A stretch of 43,470 nucleotides of DNA from Fidelibacterota bacterium UBA1611 (GTDB lineage: Bacteria; Fidelibacterota; Marinisomatia; Marinisomatales; UBA1611), in assembly GCA_002321855.1 (NCBI GenBank), contig DCMX01000250.1, forward strand, positions 5,692 to 49,161. Direction: 5' to 3'. Shown here one piece after another: positions 10,016-19,440 of the stretch. Position numbers and translations under genes: made by a program. The stretch's first letter is position 1. Each line of letters opens with the position of its first letter. The notes below the pieces were generated by a model. That model was not told where the DNA came from. It saw only the letters and a program-made list of their open reading frames with translations, and searched no databases.

Positions 10016-11248
10016 CTATACTGCTGACCCTGTTCTTGATACAATGATAGGACGGTATTTCGGTATAAGTAATACAAGGATTATCCCTGCTGCAGCCAAA
10101 ATAAAATGAATGCTGGTAAAGTTCATACCGGTCTGGACAGAATAGTTCTCCACTATCCAACCAGCTATGATTGCGCTGGTTATCACGGCAACACGGGTAT
10201 ATACTCCCAGAATTGTCTGTACCCGACCCATGATCTCATTCGGAACCTGTTCCATGAAAGTAGTACGAATACATATCCTGGCCGAGTTGTTATGGAGGCC
10301 CATGAACAGATAGGCCAAAGCAGCCAAAACAACATGGGAAAATCCGGGAGAAAGCCACGCCATTATCGCCGAGATAATATAACACACAAGTAAGAACCTG
10401 TGTTTTCCTAATATGGTGGAACCGATCCCAGCCACAATAGTTGATAATAGGGCTCCAATGCCATACAGCCCTTCCATGATCCCATATCCCCAGCTCCCTG
10501 CCAGGTATATATCTCTGGACATGGTGATCGTGATAACCGACATTGCTCCCCAGATCGCTACATCGGCTAAGATCGTAGTAAGCCCGAGAAGTAGAACACC
10601 AATATTCTGTTGAAAAAACCTGAAACCTTTCATAAGCGCGGAGATTATTTTCTCAGTGTTTCCCGATCTCTTCTGATATGAGAATGGTGCCAGGCTGATC
10701 AAGATCCCAGAAACCAGATAGGTCAAAGCATTAATGGCTAAAGCTGTATTCACACCAAAATAATGAACGACCAGACCGCCGAGACCTGCTCCTAATATCG
10801 ATCCGGTCTGATAGCTGGCAGATAGCAATGCGTTCGCATTGAAATATTCATCCGGTTCTACCAGCTGCTGTACGAAAGCTTGTGCGGTTGGCCAGAATAA
10901 TGAATTGCCAATTCCCATAAGGAACACCATTATGAATAAACTCATCATCGTGAACGAATTCAATAAAAGTGTCGATAAAAAAACAATGATTATTACCATA
11001 CGAACGATATCAAGAATGACCATAAGCCATTTTCGATTCATTCGATCTATGATCACTCCGGCAAATAGTGCCAGTAAAACACCTGGTATGGTTGCTGCTG
11101 CCATGATCTTTCCAAGGGCAAGCTCTGATCCGGTCTCTTCTAGTACGAGCCAACTAATACTGATCAAATTCAAACCGAACCCTATCAGTGAAATGGCATT
11201 ACCCAGGAAAAAAAGAGTGAAGGTTGGATTTCTTAAAAGTGTTAGCAA
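10016..11248 (-). CDS. MFS transporter (DHA3 / EntS-like)
   Basis: About 12 hydrophobic segments. The N-terminus LLRNPTFTLFFLGNAISLIGFG is typical of this MFS subfamily. TTG start, with a stop 7 codons upstream. Confidence 0.85.
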   Translation of the reverse strand: MLTLLRNPTFTLFFLGNAISLIGFGLNLISISWLVLEETGSELALGKIMAAATIPGVLLALFAGVIIDRMNRKWLMVILDIVRMVIIIVFLSTLLLNSFTMMSLFIMVFLMGIGNSLFWPTAQAFVQQLVEPDEYFNANALLSASYQTGSILGAGLGGLVVHYFGVNTALAINALTYLVSGILISLAPFSYQKRSGNTEKIISALMKGFRFFQQNIGVLLLGLTTILADVAIWGAMSVITITMSRDIYLAGSWGYGIMEGLYGIGALLSTIVAGIGSTILGKHRFLLVCYIISAIMAWLSPGFSHVVLAALAYLFMGLHNNSARICIRTTFMEQVPNEIMGRVQTILGVYTRVAVITSAIIAGWIVENYSVQTGMNFTSIHFILAAAGIILVLLIPKYRPIIVSRTGSAV

Positions 11249-11449
11249 ATTGAATTCCGTAGCAGAAGATCATTAATATGAGAAGCAAATGTTAATTAAA
11301 GTATGAGAATGAAAAGGGAAAAGATACTAAATAGCGCAACACATACAGGTGTAATAATTAGGTGTGATCCATGCAAATTGCGGTATATTACCTTAGAACA
11401 GATATTTAATTTTCAAAGATTGAAATGGTAACAAAATAATAAAGATCGC

Positions 11450-12826
11450 ATGAATTGTTACTTGGCCATACCTACCCTATTCCTTGCTGCTACTATTGGT
11501 TTGGCTCAGCCTGGTTCACTAATTGGGTACGAGCAAATAGGGTCAATGGAGGCCGGCGAGATAGAGACAGCATTGAATATAGCATTTGGTATGGATGCTC
11601 CAACATCCATCTATTCCATATCAATGTATAGTATTACTTATGAGATACAAACGTCAGATGGAACCACGGATACTCTTTCTGGCGCTGTCGCATTTCCCCA
11701 TGATCCAACCAGAGCATTCCCCATTGCTAGCTATCAGCATGGTACCACAATTCTTGATAACAATGTTCCATCGATCACCGGTTTAAGTGCCGATAACTTG
11801 GAAATAACCTTAATTGCGATGATCGCAAGTTCTAATGGTTTTATTACGGGTTTCCCAGATTACATGGGTTTGGGTATCTCAGAAGGATACCATCCCTATA
11901 TTATTGCTGATCCATATATGCTGGCTGTGACGAACTTAATTAGAGCGATCAAACATCTAGCATTCGAGATCGATCCTATTGGGTCTTTCCAATGGAACAA
12001 CCAGCTTTATCTTCTTGGTTATTCAGAGGGCGGGTATGCTACTATGGCTGCGCAAAAAGGGATAGAAGAATCATTATTGGATGAATTGCCGATCACGGCA
12101 TCTTTCCCAATGGCCGGGCCTTATGATCTTGCAGGAACGATGGTGGATTATTTTTTATCTATCCCAAACTATCCGCAACCATATTATGTGCCTAACGTCT
12201 TGTTCACTCACTTGGATTATTATGGATCCCTGGATGACATAGACCAGTATTTTCTTCCGGTATGGTCAGACACTCTTCCTATTCTATTTGATGGCACACA
12301 CTCAGGGTGGGAGATCAATGATCTGATGCCGGAAAATCCTTTGGACATTTTACTACCAGGCGTTTTAGAAGAGTTCATAGAAGATGAAGAACATTTTTTC
12401 CGGTTAACCTTATTAGAGAATACTCTCCTTGATTGGGTGCCCATAACCCCAACATACCTGATCCATGGCATGGGAGATGATATTGTTCCATATGCCAATT
12501 CCGAAGTTGCATATATTGATTTTATTTTGGGAGGTGCCTTGGATGTAACATTGGTGAATTTTTCAGAGTCTGAAGGAGGCCATGCTGAACTCGCATTACC
12601 GTGCATCTTTGAAGCCTATGAAATTATGTTGCAGTATCAGGAATTGAATTCTAAGGGAGATATAGATGGAGATGGAGACCTATCCGAGAATGATATAGAA
12701 CTCTTGGTACAATATATTCTCAATGGTAATGAGATGAGGACATATGAGAGTTGGGCAGGTGACTGGGATTATGATAACATAAATTCTATTTTTGATCTGA
12801 CGGCCATTTCTCTATTGATAGATTAA
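11450..12826 (+). CDS. secreted lipase-like alpha/beta hydrolase with C-terminal dockerin-like repeats
   Basis: Signal peptide, nucleophile elbow LLGYSEGGY, and C-terminal DIDGDGDLSENDIELLVQYILNG plus a second degenerate repeat (DWDYDNINSIFDLTAISLL). Confidence 0.7.
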   Translation: MNCYLAIPTLFLAATIGLAQPGSLIGYEQIGSMEAGEIETALNIAFGMDAPTSIYSISMYSITYEIQTSDGTTDTLSGAVAFPHDPTRAFPIASYQHGTTILDNNVPSITGLSADNLEITLIAMIASSNGFITGFPDYMGLGISEGYHPYIIADPYMLAVTNLIRAIKHLAFEIDPIGSFQWNNQLYLLGYSEGGYATMAAQKGIEESLLDELPITASFPMAGPYDLAGTMVDYFLSIPNYPQPYYVPNVLFTHLDYYGSLDDIDQYFLPVWSDTLPILFDGTHSGWEINDLMPENPLDILLPGVLEEFIEDEEHFFRLTLLENTLLDWVPITPTYLIHGMGDDIVPYANSEVAYIDFILGGALDVTLVNFSESEGGHAELALPCIFEAYEIMLQYQELNSKGDIDGDGDLSENDIELLVQYILNGNEMRTYESWAGDWDYDNINSIFDLTAISLLID

Positions 12827-12847
12827 ACTGTAAACAACGGAGTAACT

Positions 12848-13822
12848 ATGAAATATTTTATTTCCTCTTTTTTACTGATCTATTCGGTTTTTTCTCAAGT
12901 TCCATCTGCTTTGCGACCTGTGCACACTTATTCTATAGTAGCACGTGATCCAGCAACAGGACAATTAGGGGTTGCCGTCCAAAGCCATTGGTTCTCTGTA
13001 GGGGTCCTGGTTCCCTGGGCTAAGGCTGGTGTTGGTGCTGTTGCCACCCAGTCCTTTGTCAAGGTAGAATATGGTCCAGATGGACTAAAACTGATGGAGC
13101 AAGGATTCACAGCAGATCAAGCCTTGGAAAAATTGGTCTCTACGGATGATGGTGAAGCAGTGCGCCAGGTAGCTATGATAGATATCCATGGTAATGTTGC
13201 CGCACATACAGGTACACGTTGTATTTATGCAGCTGGTGATCAGCAGGGAAAGAATTATTCCGTACAAGCAAACTTGATGGAACATGAAACAGTTTGGCCG
13301 GCCATGGCTGAAGCATTTGAGAGTGCATCCGGTGACCTGGCGGATCGAATGATGGCCGCACTGACAGCAGCAGAAGCGAGGGGTGGTGATATCCGTGGTA
13401 AACAATCTGCCGCAATGCTGATAGTTACTGGAGAGCCATCGGGGATTCCATGGAAGGATAAGGTCCTAGATCTAAGAATAGATGATCACCCCGAACCACT
13501 CCAAGAGCTCCGACGCCTGATTCGCGTACATCGTGCATACCAGCATGCAAATAAGGGTGATCTGTATGTAGAACATAAAGAGATAGAGAAAGCCCTTACC
13601 GAATATAAAAAGGCAGCAAAATATTATCCTGAGAATCCGGAGTTACCTTATTGGTCCGCGGTGACGCTGGCAGATATTGGACGGGTCAAGGAAGCCCTTC
13701 CCATTTTTAGAGATGTGTTCTCCCGGGAACCTCGATTAAGAACGCTTATCCCTCGACTGGCGAAAAGCGGTCTGCTTCCTGAAAATAAAGATCTAATCGA
13801 TAAGATCATTTCAATCAAATAA
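12848..13822 (+). CDS. DUF1028 (Ntn-hydrolase-like) protein with signal peptide and TPR-like C-terminus
   Basis: The motif TYSIVARDPATGQLGVAVQSHWFSVG matches the DUF1028 N-terminus. The C-terminal 90 aa are helical-repeat-like (YKKAAKYYPENPELPYW). Confidence 0.7.
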   Translation: MKYFISSFLLIYSVFSQVPSALRPVHTYSIVARDPATGQLGVAVQSHWFSVGVLVPWAKAGVGAVATQSFVKVEYGPDGLKLMEQGFTADQALEKLVSTDDGEAVRQVAMIDIHGNVAAHTGTRCIYAAGDQQGKNYSVQANLMEHETVWPAMAEAFESASGDLADRMMAALTAAEARGGDIRGKQSAAMLIVTGEPSGIPWKDKVLDLRIDDHPEPLQELRRLIRVHRAYQHANKGDLYVEHKEIEKALTEYKKAAKYYPENPELPYWSAVTLADIGRVKEALPIFRDVFSREPRLRTLIPRLAKSGLLPENKDLIDKIISIK

Positions 13823-13887
13823 ACTTATCTTTTCACTTGATTAGTTGATCCCATTTAGCTGAATCGGTTCATTCTATATTTGATCCC

Positions 13888-14466
13888 ATGAATTACACTG
13901 AGCGAGCAGGTCTTATTTTACCATTCTGGTTACTCTCTTCTTGTTATTTTCTGATTCCTTTCATCCGAGACCCGATTGACCCACCTGCCCTTCTGATCAC
14001 AATTGATAATGTGATACCATTTGTCTGGTGGATGATAATACCCTACTATCTTTATTATGTTGCTCTTTTCTTACCACTTCTAATAAGTGAAAGATCAAGG
14101 CTTCAGGGTTTTGTCTCTATTGCTATGCAATTACTGCTGATCTCTTATGCAGTTTTTATTTTGTGGCCGATCACCTGTGAAACTGTGATGAAGAGTGTTG
14201 AGCCGAATCCATTGATGTACCTCTATGATGCTGTTGAATTCTCTTGGCTTAAGCAAAATGCACTGCCATCCGTCCATGTTGCTATCAGTGGGCTTACAGG
14301 GCTAATACTTGCGAATGAAAGACCCGATCTAAAATGGGTCTTCTGGATAGGTGCTCTTCTGGTGTTCTTTTCAACATTTCTGGCAAAGCAGCATTTTATG
14401 GCGGATGGAATAGCTGGATCGTTTCTGGCTATTGCAGGATATCAACTATGGAAAAGGTCCTTTTAG
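13888..14466 (+). CDS. PAP2-superfamily membrane protein
   Basis: Polytopic membrane protein with PSVHVA and KQHFMADGIAG, which are PAP2 C2/C3-like motifs. Confidence 0.6.
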   Translation: MNYTERAGLILPFWLLSSCYFLIPFIRDPIDPPALLITIDNVIPFVWWMIIPYYLYYVALFLPLLISERSRLQGFVSIAMQLLLISYAVFILWPITCETVMKSVEPNPLMYLYDAVEFSWLKQNALPSVHVAISGLTGLILANERPDLKWVFWIGALLVFFSTFLAKQHFMADGIAGSFLAIAGYQLWKRSF

Positions 14467-14475
14467 TTTATTAAA

Positions 14476-14565
14476 ATGAGAAAAATATTAATTCGTTTAG
14501 CTGTGATCATAACCCTTGTCTTCCTTTTAGGCTGGTACTTAGCTATTTGGTCAACTCATTTATGA
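14476..14565 (+). CDS. possible 29-aa single-pass membrane peptide
   Basis: Hand-translated as MRKILIRLAVIITLVFLLGWYLAIWSTHL. Its TGA overlaps the next ATG (ATGA at 14562-14565). No clear RBS. Confidence 0.25.
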   Translation: MRKILIRLAVIITLVFLLGWYLAIWSTHL

Positions 14566-14903
14566 ATTTAAGATACAGTTTGCTGTTTATTTTTCTGATG
14601 GTCTCGCCTATTATGGCAGAACACGATTCCACTGCTATTCATCACGACCCATGGTTCGCGTATGATAAAGTACTACATTTCGGTGTGAGCTGTTCAATTG
14701 TTTTAAGCACTCACTATGTGCTCTCAGAAAAGATGAATATACATGATGATATGTCACTATCAACCTCAGTGATCATCTCCATGGGAAATGGGATAATAAA
14801 GGAAGTGTGGGATAGCAGGCAACCAAGTGGGTTTATCAGCAGGAGGGACATCATTGCGGATGTGGCAGGAATCATAGCAGGAATTTGGATCATTTCGTTA
14901 TGA
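14562..14903 (+). CDS. small membrane / periplasmic protein, YfiM (DUF2279)-like
   Basis: Signal-like N-terminus MNLRYSLLFIFLMVSPIMA, a DKVLHFGVSCS motif and a C-terminal hydrophobic helix. Family assignment is tentative. Confidence 0.45.
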   Translation: MNLRYSLLFIFLMVSPIMAEHDSTAIHHDPWFAYDKVLHFGVSCSIVLSTHYVLSEKMNIHDDMSLSTSVIISMGNGIIKEVWDSRQPSGFISRRDIIADVAGIIAGIWIISL

Positions 14904-15073
14904 ATCTTTCTATTTGGAAATGGTTGGTGATCCTATTTTGGATGAGTGTGGCTTCTGGTATTGTTTTAGGATTATCCTTTTATTTCGATCTACCAGAACA
15001 GATCGCAGGACCCCTATTGTTCATTACAATAGGTATGTCGGTATCAGGTGGAATCAATTATTATAAGAGATAA
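14900..15073 (+). CDS. small two-helix membrane protein
   Basis: The ATG at 14900 overlaps the preceding TGA (ATGA). Two hydrophobic helices. Confidence 0.4.
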   Translation: MNLSIWKWLVILFWMSVASGIVLGLSFYFDLPEQIAGPLLFITIGMSVSGGINYYKR

Positions 15074-15124
15074 TTTATTTAGGCAATCTTTTCCGTTATG
15101 ATACCTTATTCATAAAAATTAGAA

Positions 15125-15973
15125 ATGAAAGATCTTCGAACCTTGGTCTTCTCTTTATTGTTGTTGATTGGTATCATTCTTCCAAGGAATAAAACTGATC
15201 CAAAACTCATTTTTATTTACAATGCTAAAAGAGGATTTATAAATGAAATCACAGATCTTGCGCATAAGATGATTTCTCCTGAAACCTATCCTTGTGATCT
15301 GTGTGCTCTTACCTATGATACATTCGCCATGAAGCAAGAATGGTCAAACTATATTGACCGTTTACCTATGAAGACTGTTTTTATGTATAAGGATAAATTA
15401 ACTGAAAATGTCATGAAAAATGTGGAGCCTCCAGCTATATTCTTGCTAAAGGATGATAATTTAACAAATGTTCTGTCTGCAAAAGAATTCAATAGTATTG
15501 ATAATCTGGAAGGGTTGATCAGAAAAATTGACCAAATATTAGAGGAGCATAGTGTGAAGAATGAAATGAATGATAGAAAGCTATATTTAAGTAAAGAAGA
15601 ATGGGAAAAAAGATTAAATAGAGAACAATACCATATCTTGAGAGAAAAAGGTACAGAACGGGCTTTTTCAGGCAAGTTCGACAAATTTTTTGATATTGGG
15701 ACCTATGTTTGTGCTGGTTGCGGTACTGAGCTCTTCACATCTGACACCAAATATAATTCAGGCTGTGGATGGCCGGCATTCTATGAATCACTCCCGGGAA
15801 CCATTGAAGAAACTTCCGACCATAGTGTTGGAATGACCCGTACAGAGATAACCTGTAAAAAATGTGATGGACATTTAGGACATGTGTTCAATGATGGTCC
15901 CCGGCCAACGGGCTTGCGTTATTGCGTGAATTCTGCCTCACTTGAATTTGAACAAATAGAGAAAGAACAATGA
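15125..15973 (+). CDS. msrB: peptide-methionine (R)-S-oxide reductase MsrB fused to an N-terminal membrane anchor and an uncharacterised CxxC domain
   Basis: The C-terminal half carries MsrB motifs: [39 protein letters not shown]. The N-terminal 150 aa comprise a hydrophobic helix followed by a domain with [10 protein letters not shown]. Confidence 0.9.
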   Translation: MKDLRTLVFSLLLLIGIILPRNKTDPKLIFIYNAKRGFINEITDLAHKMISPETYPCDLCALTYDTFAMKQEWSNYIDRLPMKTVFMYKDKLTENVMKNVEPPAIFLLKDDNLTNVLSAKEFNSIDNLEGLIRKIDQILEEHSVKNEMNDRKLYLSKEEWEKRLNREQYHILREKGTERAFSGKFDKFFDIGTYVCAGCGTELFTSDTKYNSGCGWPAFYESLPGTIEETSDHSVGMTRTEITCKKCDGHLGHVFNDGPRPTGLRYCVNSASLEFEQIEKEQ

Positions 15974-16173
15974 AAAGGGGAACTGTTAAGGAATATGACC
16001 GGACCAAAGGTTTCGGTTTCATCAACTCAGATGATGGTAATGACCTTTTTGTGCATGTAAGTGGATTGCGTGAACATTTAAAGGAAAGAGGACTAAGAGC
16101 TGGGCAGCGGGTCTCTTTCGATGTGGATTGTGATGTGAAAGGTGACCGGGCAGTAAATGTCCGGGTCGGGTGA
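15970..16173 (+). CDS. cold-shock domain protein
   Basis: The sequence [30 protein letters not shown] contains the RNP1/RNP2-like motifs of the CspA family. Its ATG overlaps the msrB TGA. Confidence 0.9.
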   Translation: MKRGTVKEYDRTKGFGFINSDDGNDLFVHVSGLREHLKERGLRAGQRVSFDVDCDVKGDRAVNVRVG

Positions 16174-16174
16174 T

Positions 16175-17704
16175 CTATTTTAATAGCGTGATCTTTTGAG
16201 TTAGTATTGTTCCGCCGGTCTCCACCTGCGCAAAATAAGCCCCTGAAGCCCATTTTCTTCCATCTATCCTGAATGTATGGTGTCCTCTGGGAATGGGACC
16301 CAAATGGTTATTCTGAATTAACCTTCCACCGGAATCCATAATCCGAATGTTTACGTTACCGGATGCCGGAAGAGTGTAGCCAATGACAGTCGTTGGATTG
16401 AAAGGGTTGGGGAATGCTGCGTGCACCTTAAAATGTGCCGGTAGCACTGGTGGTTTTACTGATAACGGTTCCTGAACAAAGGGTATTGGATCAAATGATT
16501 GGCCAAATACATTCTGTGCAATGTATTCCGGTAGGCCAAACCAGTCCGTGATCAGAGTTGAATAGATTTGCCTGAAATCATACTGGACCTGCATGTTATT
16601 ATTATTATTCAGGTTCGTTAGATCAGGATTATCACCAAAAATATCCGGCACGATTGATGAACCAAAGAAAAGACAGGGAGCACTTGTTCCATGGTCAGTA
16701 CCTAAGGAACCATTTTCGTAGACTCTACGCCCAAACTCGCTGGTTGTCATGACCATGACCCGATCCTGGAGACCTTGATTAGATAGATCTTGTAATAATG
16801 CTGCTATACTACTTGACACATCCTGTAATAGATTGTCATGGGTATTGGCCTGGTTAGCGTGCGTATCATACCCTGGCTGATATAGACGGTATACAGGAGT
16901 GCCTAATCCTCCTGAGATCAATTTCGCTGTCAATGCCATCTGATATCCAATATTATTTCCCGGATATTCAATCGTATTGACCCCAGCCTGAGCGGATTCA
17001 TTTATCACCTCGGAATATTCCATTGAGAGAGTGTCGATCTCACGGATATATGATAACTCTTCCCCACCATAGGTCTCCGGGGCAGGGTCATCTTCTCCGG
17101 GAACATAATTACCATTGATAATAGCATACATCGTCTCAGGGTCGAACACCATCATGCCCACATTGGATTGGCTGGTTCTGAATTCCAGAAGGTTTGCACT
17201 GTTATACTGAATCGCCAAAGGATGGTCTGGAACGCCATCCGGAAAATCGGGATATTCATTTTCGAAGAGCCTTCCCAACCAACCGGTGGTAAGATGTTCA
17301 TTTGCATCGGAACCGGTCACCCAAATATCTGATGAGCGAAAGTGTGACAGGTTTCCTTGCTGATACCCCACCCCCTGGATAATTCCGACCTGGCCATTCT
17401 GATAGAATGGGTAAATTGGATCCAGGCTATAGTGAAATCCAGTCGTATCATTCACAGATAATGTTTGATCCGAAGGAATTGCAAGTGTGGGTCGAGCTTG
17501 ATAATAAATGTCATCCTGGATCGGGATCACAGTATTCAAACCATCATTGCCGCCATTTAGCTTTATCAGTATTACAATTCTGTCTGATTCCCATTGGGAT
17601 GTACGTCCTAATTGCCGTTGTTTGCGCCCAACTGCCATGAGCGGAAGTCTTGTACCGAATGCTGAGATGACCATTGATGTTTTGATAAAATCCCGGCGCT
17701 TCAT
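16175..17704 (-). CDS. DUF1501 (sulfatase-like) protein with Tat signal and T9SS-type C-terminal sorting domain
   Basis: MKRRDFIKTSMV is a twin-arginine motif. TSEFGRRVYENGSLGTDHG is the DUF1501 hallmark. The C-terminus FPNPFNPTTVIGYTLPASGNVNIRIMD...ITLLK resembles the Por secretion tail. Start set at 17704 (ATGA overlap with the upstream gene), not at 17797. Confidence 0.85.
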   Translation of the reverse strand: MKRRDFIKTSMVISAFGTRLPLMAVGRKQRQLGRTSQWESDRIVILIKLNGGNDGLNTVIPIQDDIYYQARPTLAIPSDQTLSVNDTTGFHYSLDPIYPFYQNGQVGIIQGVGYQQGNLSHFRSSDIWVTGSDANEHLTTGWLGRLFENEYPDFPDGVPDHPLAIQYNSANLLEFRTSQSNVGMMVFDPETMYAIINGNYVPGEDDPAPETYGGEELSYIREIDTLSMEYSEVINESAQAGVNTIEYPGNNIGYQMALTAKLISGGLGTPVYRLYQPGYDTHANQANTHDNLLQDVSSSIAALLQDLSNQGLQDRVMVMTTSEFGRRVYENGSLGTDHGTSAPCLFFGSSIVPDIFGDNPDLTNLNNNNNMQVQYDFRQIYSTLITDWFGLPEYIAQNVFGQSFDPIPFVQEPLSVKPPVLPAHFKVHAAFPNPFNPTTVIGYTLPASGNVNIRIMDSGGRLIQNNHLGPIPRGHHTFRIDGRKWASGAYFAQVETGGTILTQKITLLK

Positions 17705-19356
17705 GATAGTTGGATCTCTGGAAGTTTTATCATATACAATAAGAGGTCTTTCATACGGTTCCATTGAGCATCCCCGATAGGAGCATTTATATTCCAATCG
17801 TATGGCTCAGCACCATCTAAAAGTATGTCAAGCATTTTAGTTTCAAGTATATCAGAGAGTGGTACTCCAAATAGAACCAAGGCCAGTTTCCTGACAATTT
17901 GTTCAGACGCATACCCATCATCATCGCTATTGTACATGGTTTGAGCTATGGATCGGACGTCCACTGTGAAATCGAAGTTGCCAAATGGACTGAATCCGGT
18001 TACCAACGCACTGTTAATAAGTTTTCGTACTGGCAGCGTGATGGAATTGATCCAGGATCGATACCCTGTCCATCCATTCACGTCTGGCGGTTCAAGAGGA
18101 GTCATCCCTAGAAATTCGATAGACCGCAGAAAAAACCCTTCCGGATACGTAAACTCCTCCATGCCAAATTTCCTGACCAAACCTGGGAGGAGGCTCATTG
18201 GGTTTTGAATATTTGCTCCTCTAAAGTTGCTGTCATAAAAATGTTCGGTATTAAATAGAAATTCCAGTGCAGGTCTAAGTTCGTAGTCATTTTCACGTAG
18301 TACAAATGCCATCGCTTCCACAACCGGTTCATGAACTACGTCATAAACGAACCATTTATAGATCCGACGACAGATATGTACGGCGCATTCTTCCTGTTCC
18401 AGGAGAATATTGATAATGTCATCTCCGGACCATGGACCTGTTTGTCCCAGAACAGTTTTTTCTTCGAAATCATGCCATTCATCCCACCAGAACCCGGTCC
18501 CGGTCTGGTTCTCATGGTCATAGTTTGTTTCGACCCCGTTAGTTACATAACCGGTGAACGCGCGTGACGCTTCCACTATATCTAATTGGGTATAATTATC
18601 CACACCCAGGGTGAATAATTCCATCAGTTCCCGGGAAAAATTTTCGTTTGGGTTATGTTTTTTACTACGATGGATGTCAAGCCAGATCATCATAGCTGGA
18701 CCAAATGTTACCCGGCGAAGCAATTCTTTGAAATTTCCAAGTCCGAATTGTCGAAATATTGCATTCTGTTCATACATTGCTTGAGGATAGAATACCTTTG
18801 ATTGCGCAGTAGCAAAGAAATTATGCCAGAAAAGAGTCATCTGCTCGGTGATATTCATGGGATTCTGTGTCATGCGTACTATCCACCAATTTGCTATCTG
18901 CCACATCCATTCCCTGTATTGTTCCATCACTGCCTGTACCTCGTCATATGTAAGCTGGTCCCAGGCTGGTGGCGGTTCATTCACCCAGTCTCCTGGAGGT
19001 TCTGCCGTTTCCGGTTCCTGTAGTAAGGTGTTTAAGGTATTGGAAAGAGAATCACTGCCAGAATTATCAATGTTTGTATAGGTAGGGCCGAACATGGTTC
19101 TACCAAGAAGGTGTACAGCGGCTGATTGATCCCAATCCACATCTCTCATGGGCCTCAAAGAAGCAGTTACTGCCAATGGAGGTAGAACTTCTTCAGAAAT
19201 AGGTGGATGGTAAAATGGAGGTTGTTTTTTTAAGAATTCGCGGTAAAGTTTTGCGACCTGTCGGGTAGGCCATTCAGGATTCAATCTATCTAATTCAGGT
19301 CTAGATCTTGTCCCACCCTTTAAAAAATTTCTTCGGGTCAATGGTCTTATCGCCAT
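17701..19356 (-). CDS. DUF1800 protein with Tat-like signal
   Basis: LTRRNFLKGG at the N-terminus and an LFWHNFFAT motif typical of DUF1800. It sits immediately upstream of DUF1501, which is the usual pairing. Confidence 0.85.
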   Translation of the reverse strand: MAIRPLTRRNFLKGGTRSRPELDRLNPEWPTRQVAKLYREFLKKQPPFYHPPISEEVLPPLAVTASLRPMRDVDWDQSAAVHLLGRTMFGPTYTNIDNSGSDSLSNTLNTLLQEPETAEPPGDWVNEPPPAWDQLTYDEVQAVMEQYREWMWQIANWWIVRMTQNPMNITEQMTLFWHNFFATAQSKVFYPQAMYEQNAIFRQFGLGNFKELLRRVTFGPAMMIWLDIHRSKKHNPNENFSRELMELFTLGVDNYTQLDIVEASRAFTGYVTNGVETNYDHENQTGTGFWWDEWHDFEEKTVLGQTGPWSGDDIINILLEQEECAVHICRRIYKWFVYDVVHEPVVEAMAFVLRENDYELRPALEFLFNTEHFYDSNFRGANIQNPMSLLPGLVRKFGMEEFTYPEGFFLRSIEFLGMTPLEPPDVNGWTGYRSWINSITLPVRKLINSALVTGFSPFGNFDFTVDVRSIAQTMYNSDDDGYASEQIVRKLALVLFGVPLSDILETKMLDILLDGAEPYDWNINAPIGDAQWNRMKDLLLYMIKLPEIQLS

Positions 19357-19440
19357 TTTTAGAATCTAACCATATTATGCTTATTGAGACCAATGATTAA
19401 AACAGAGTAAAGTTGATTCGCAACCTGAAATTCCGCACTA

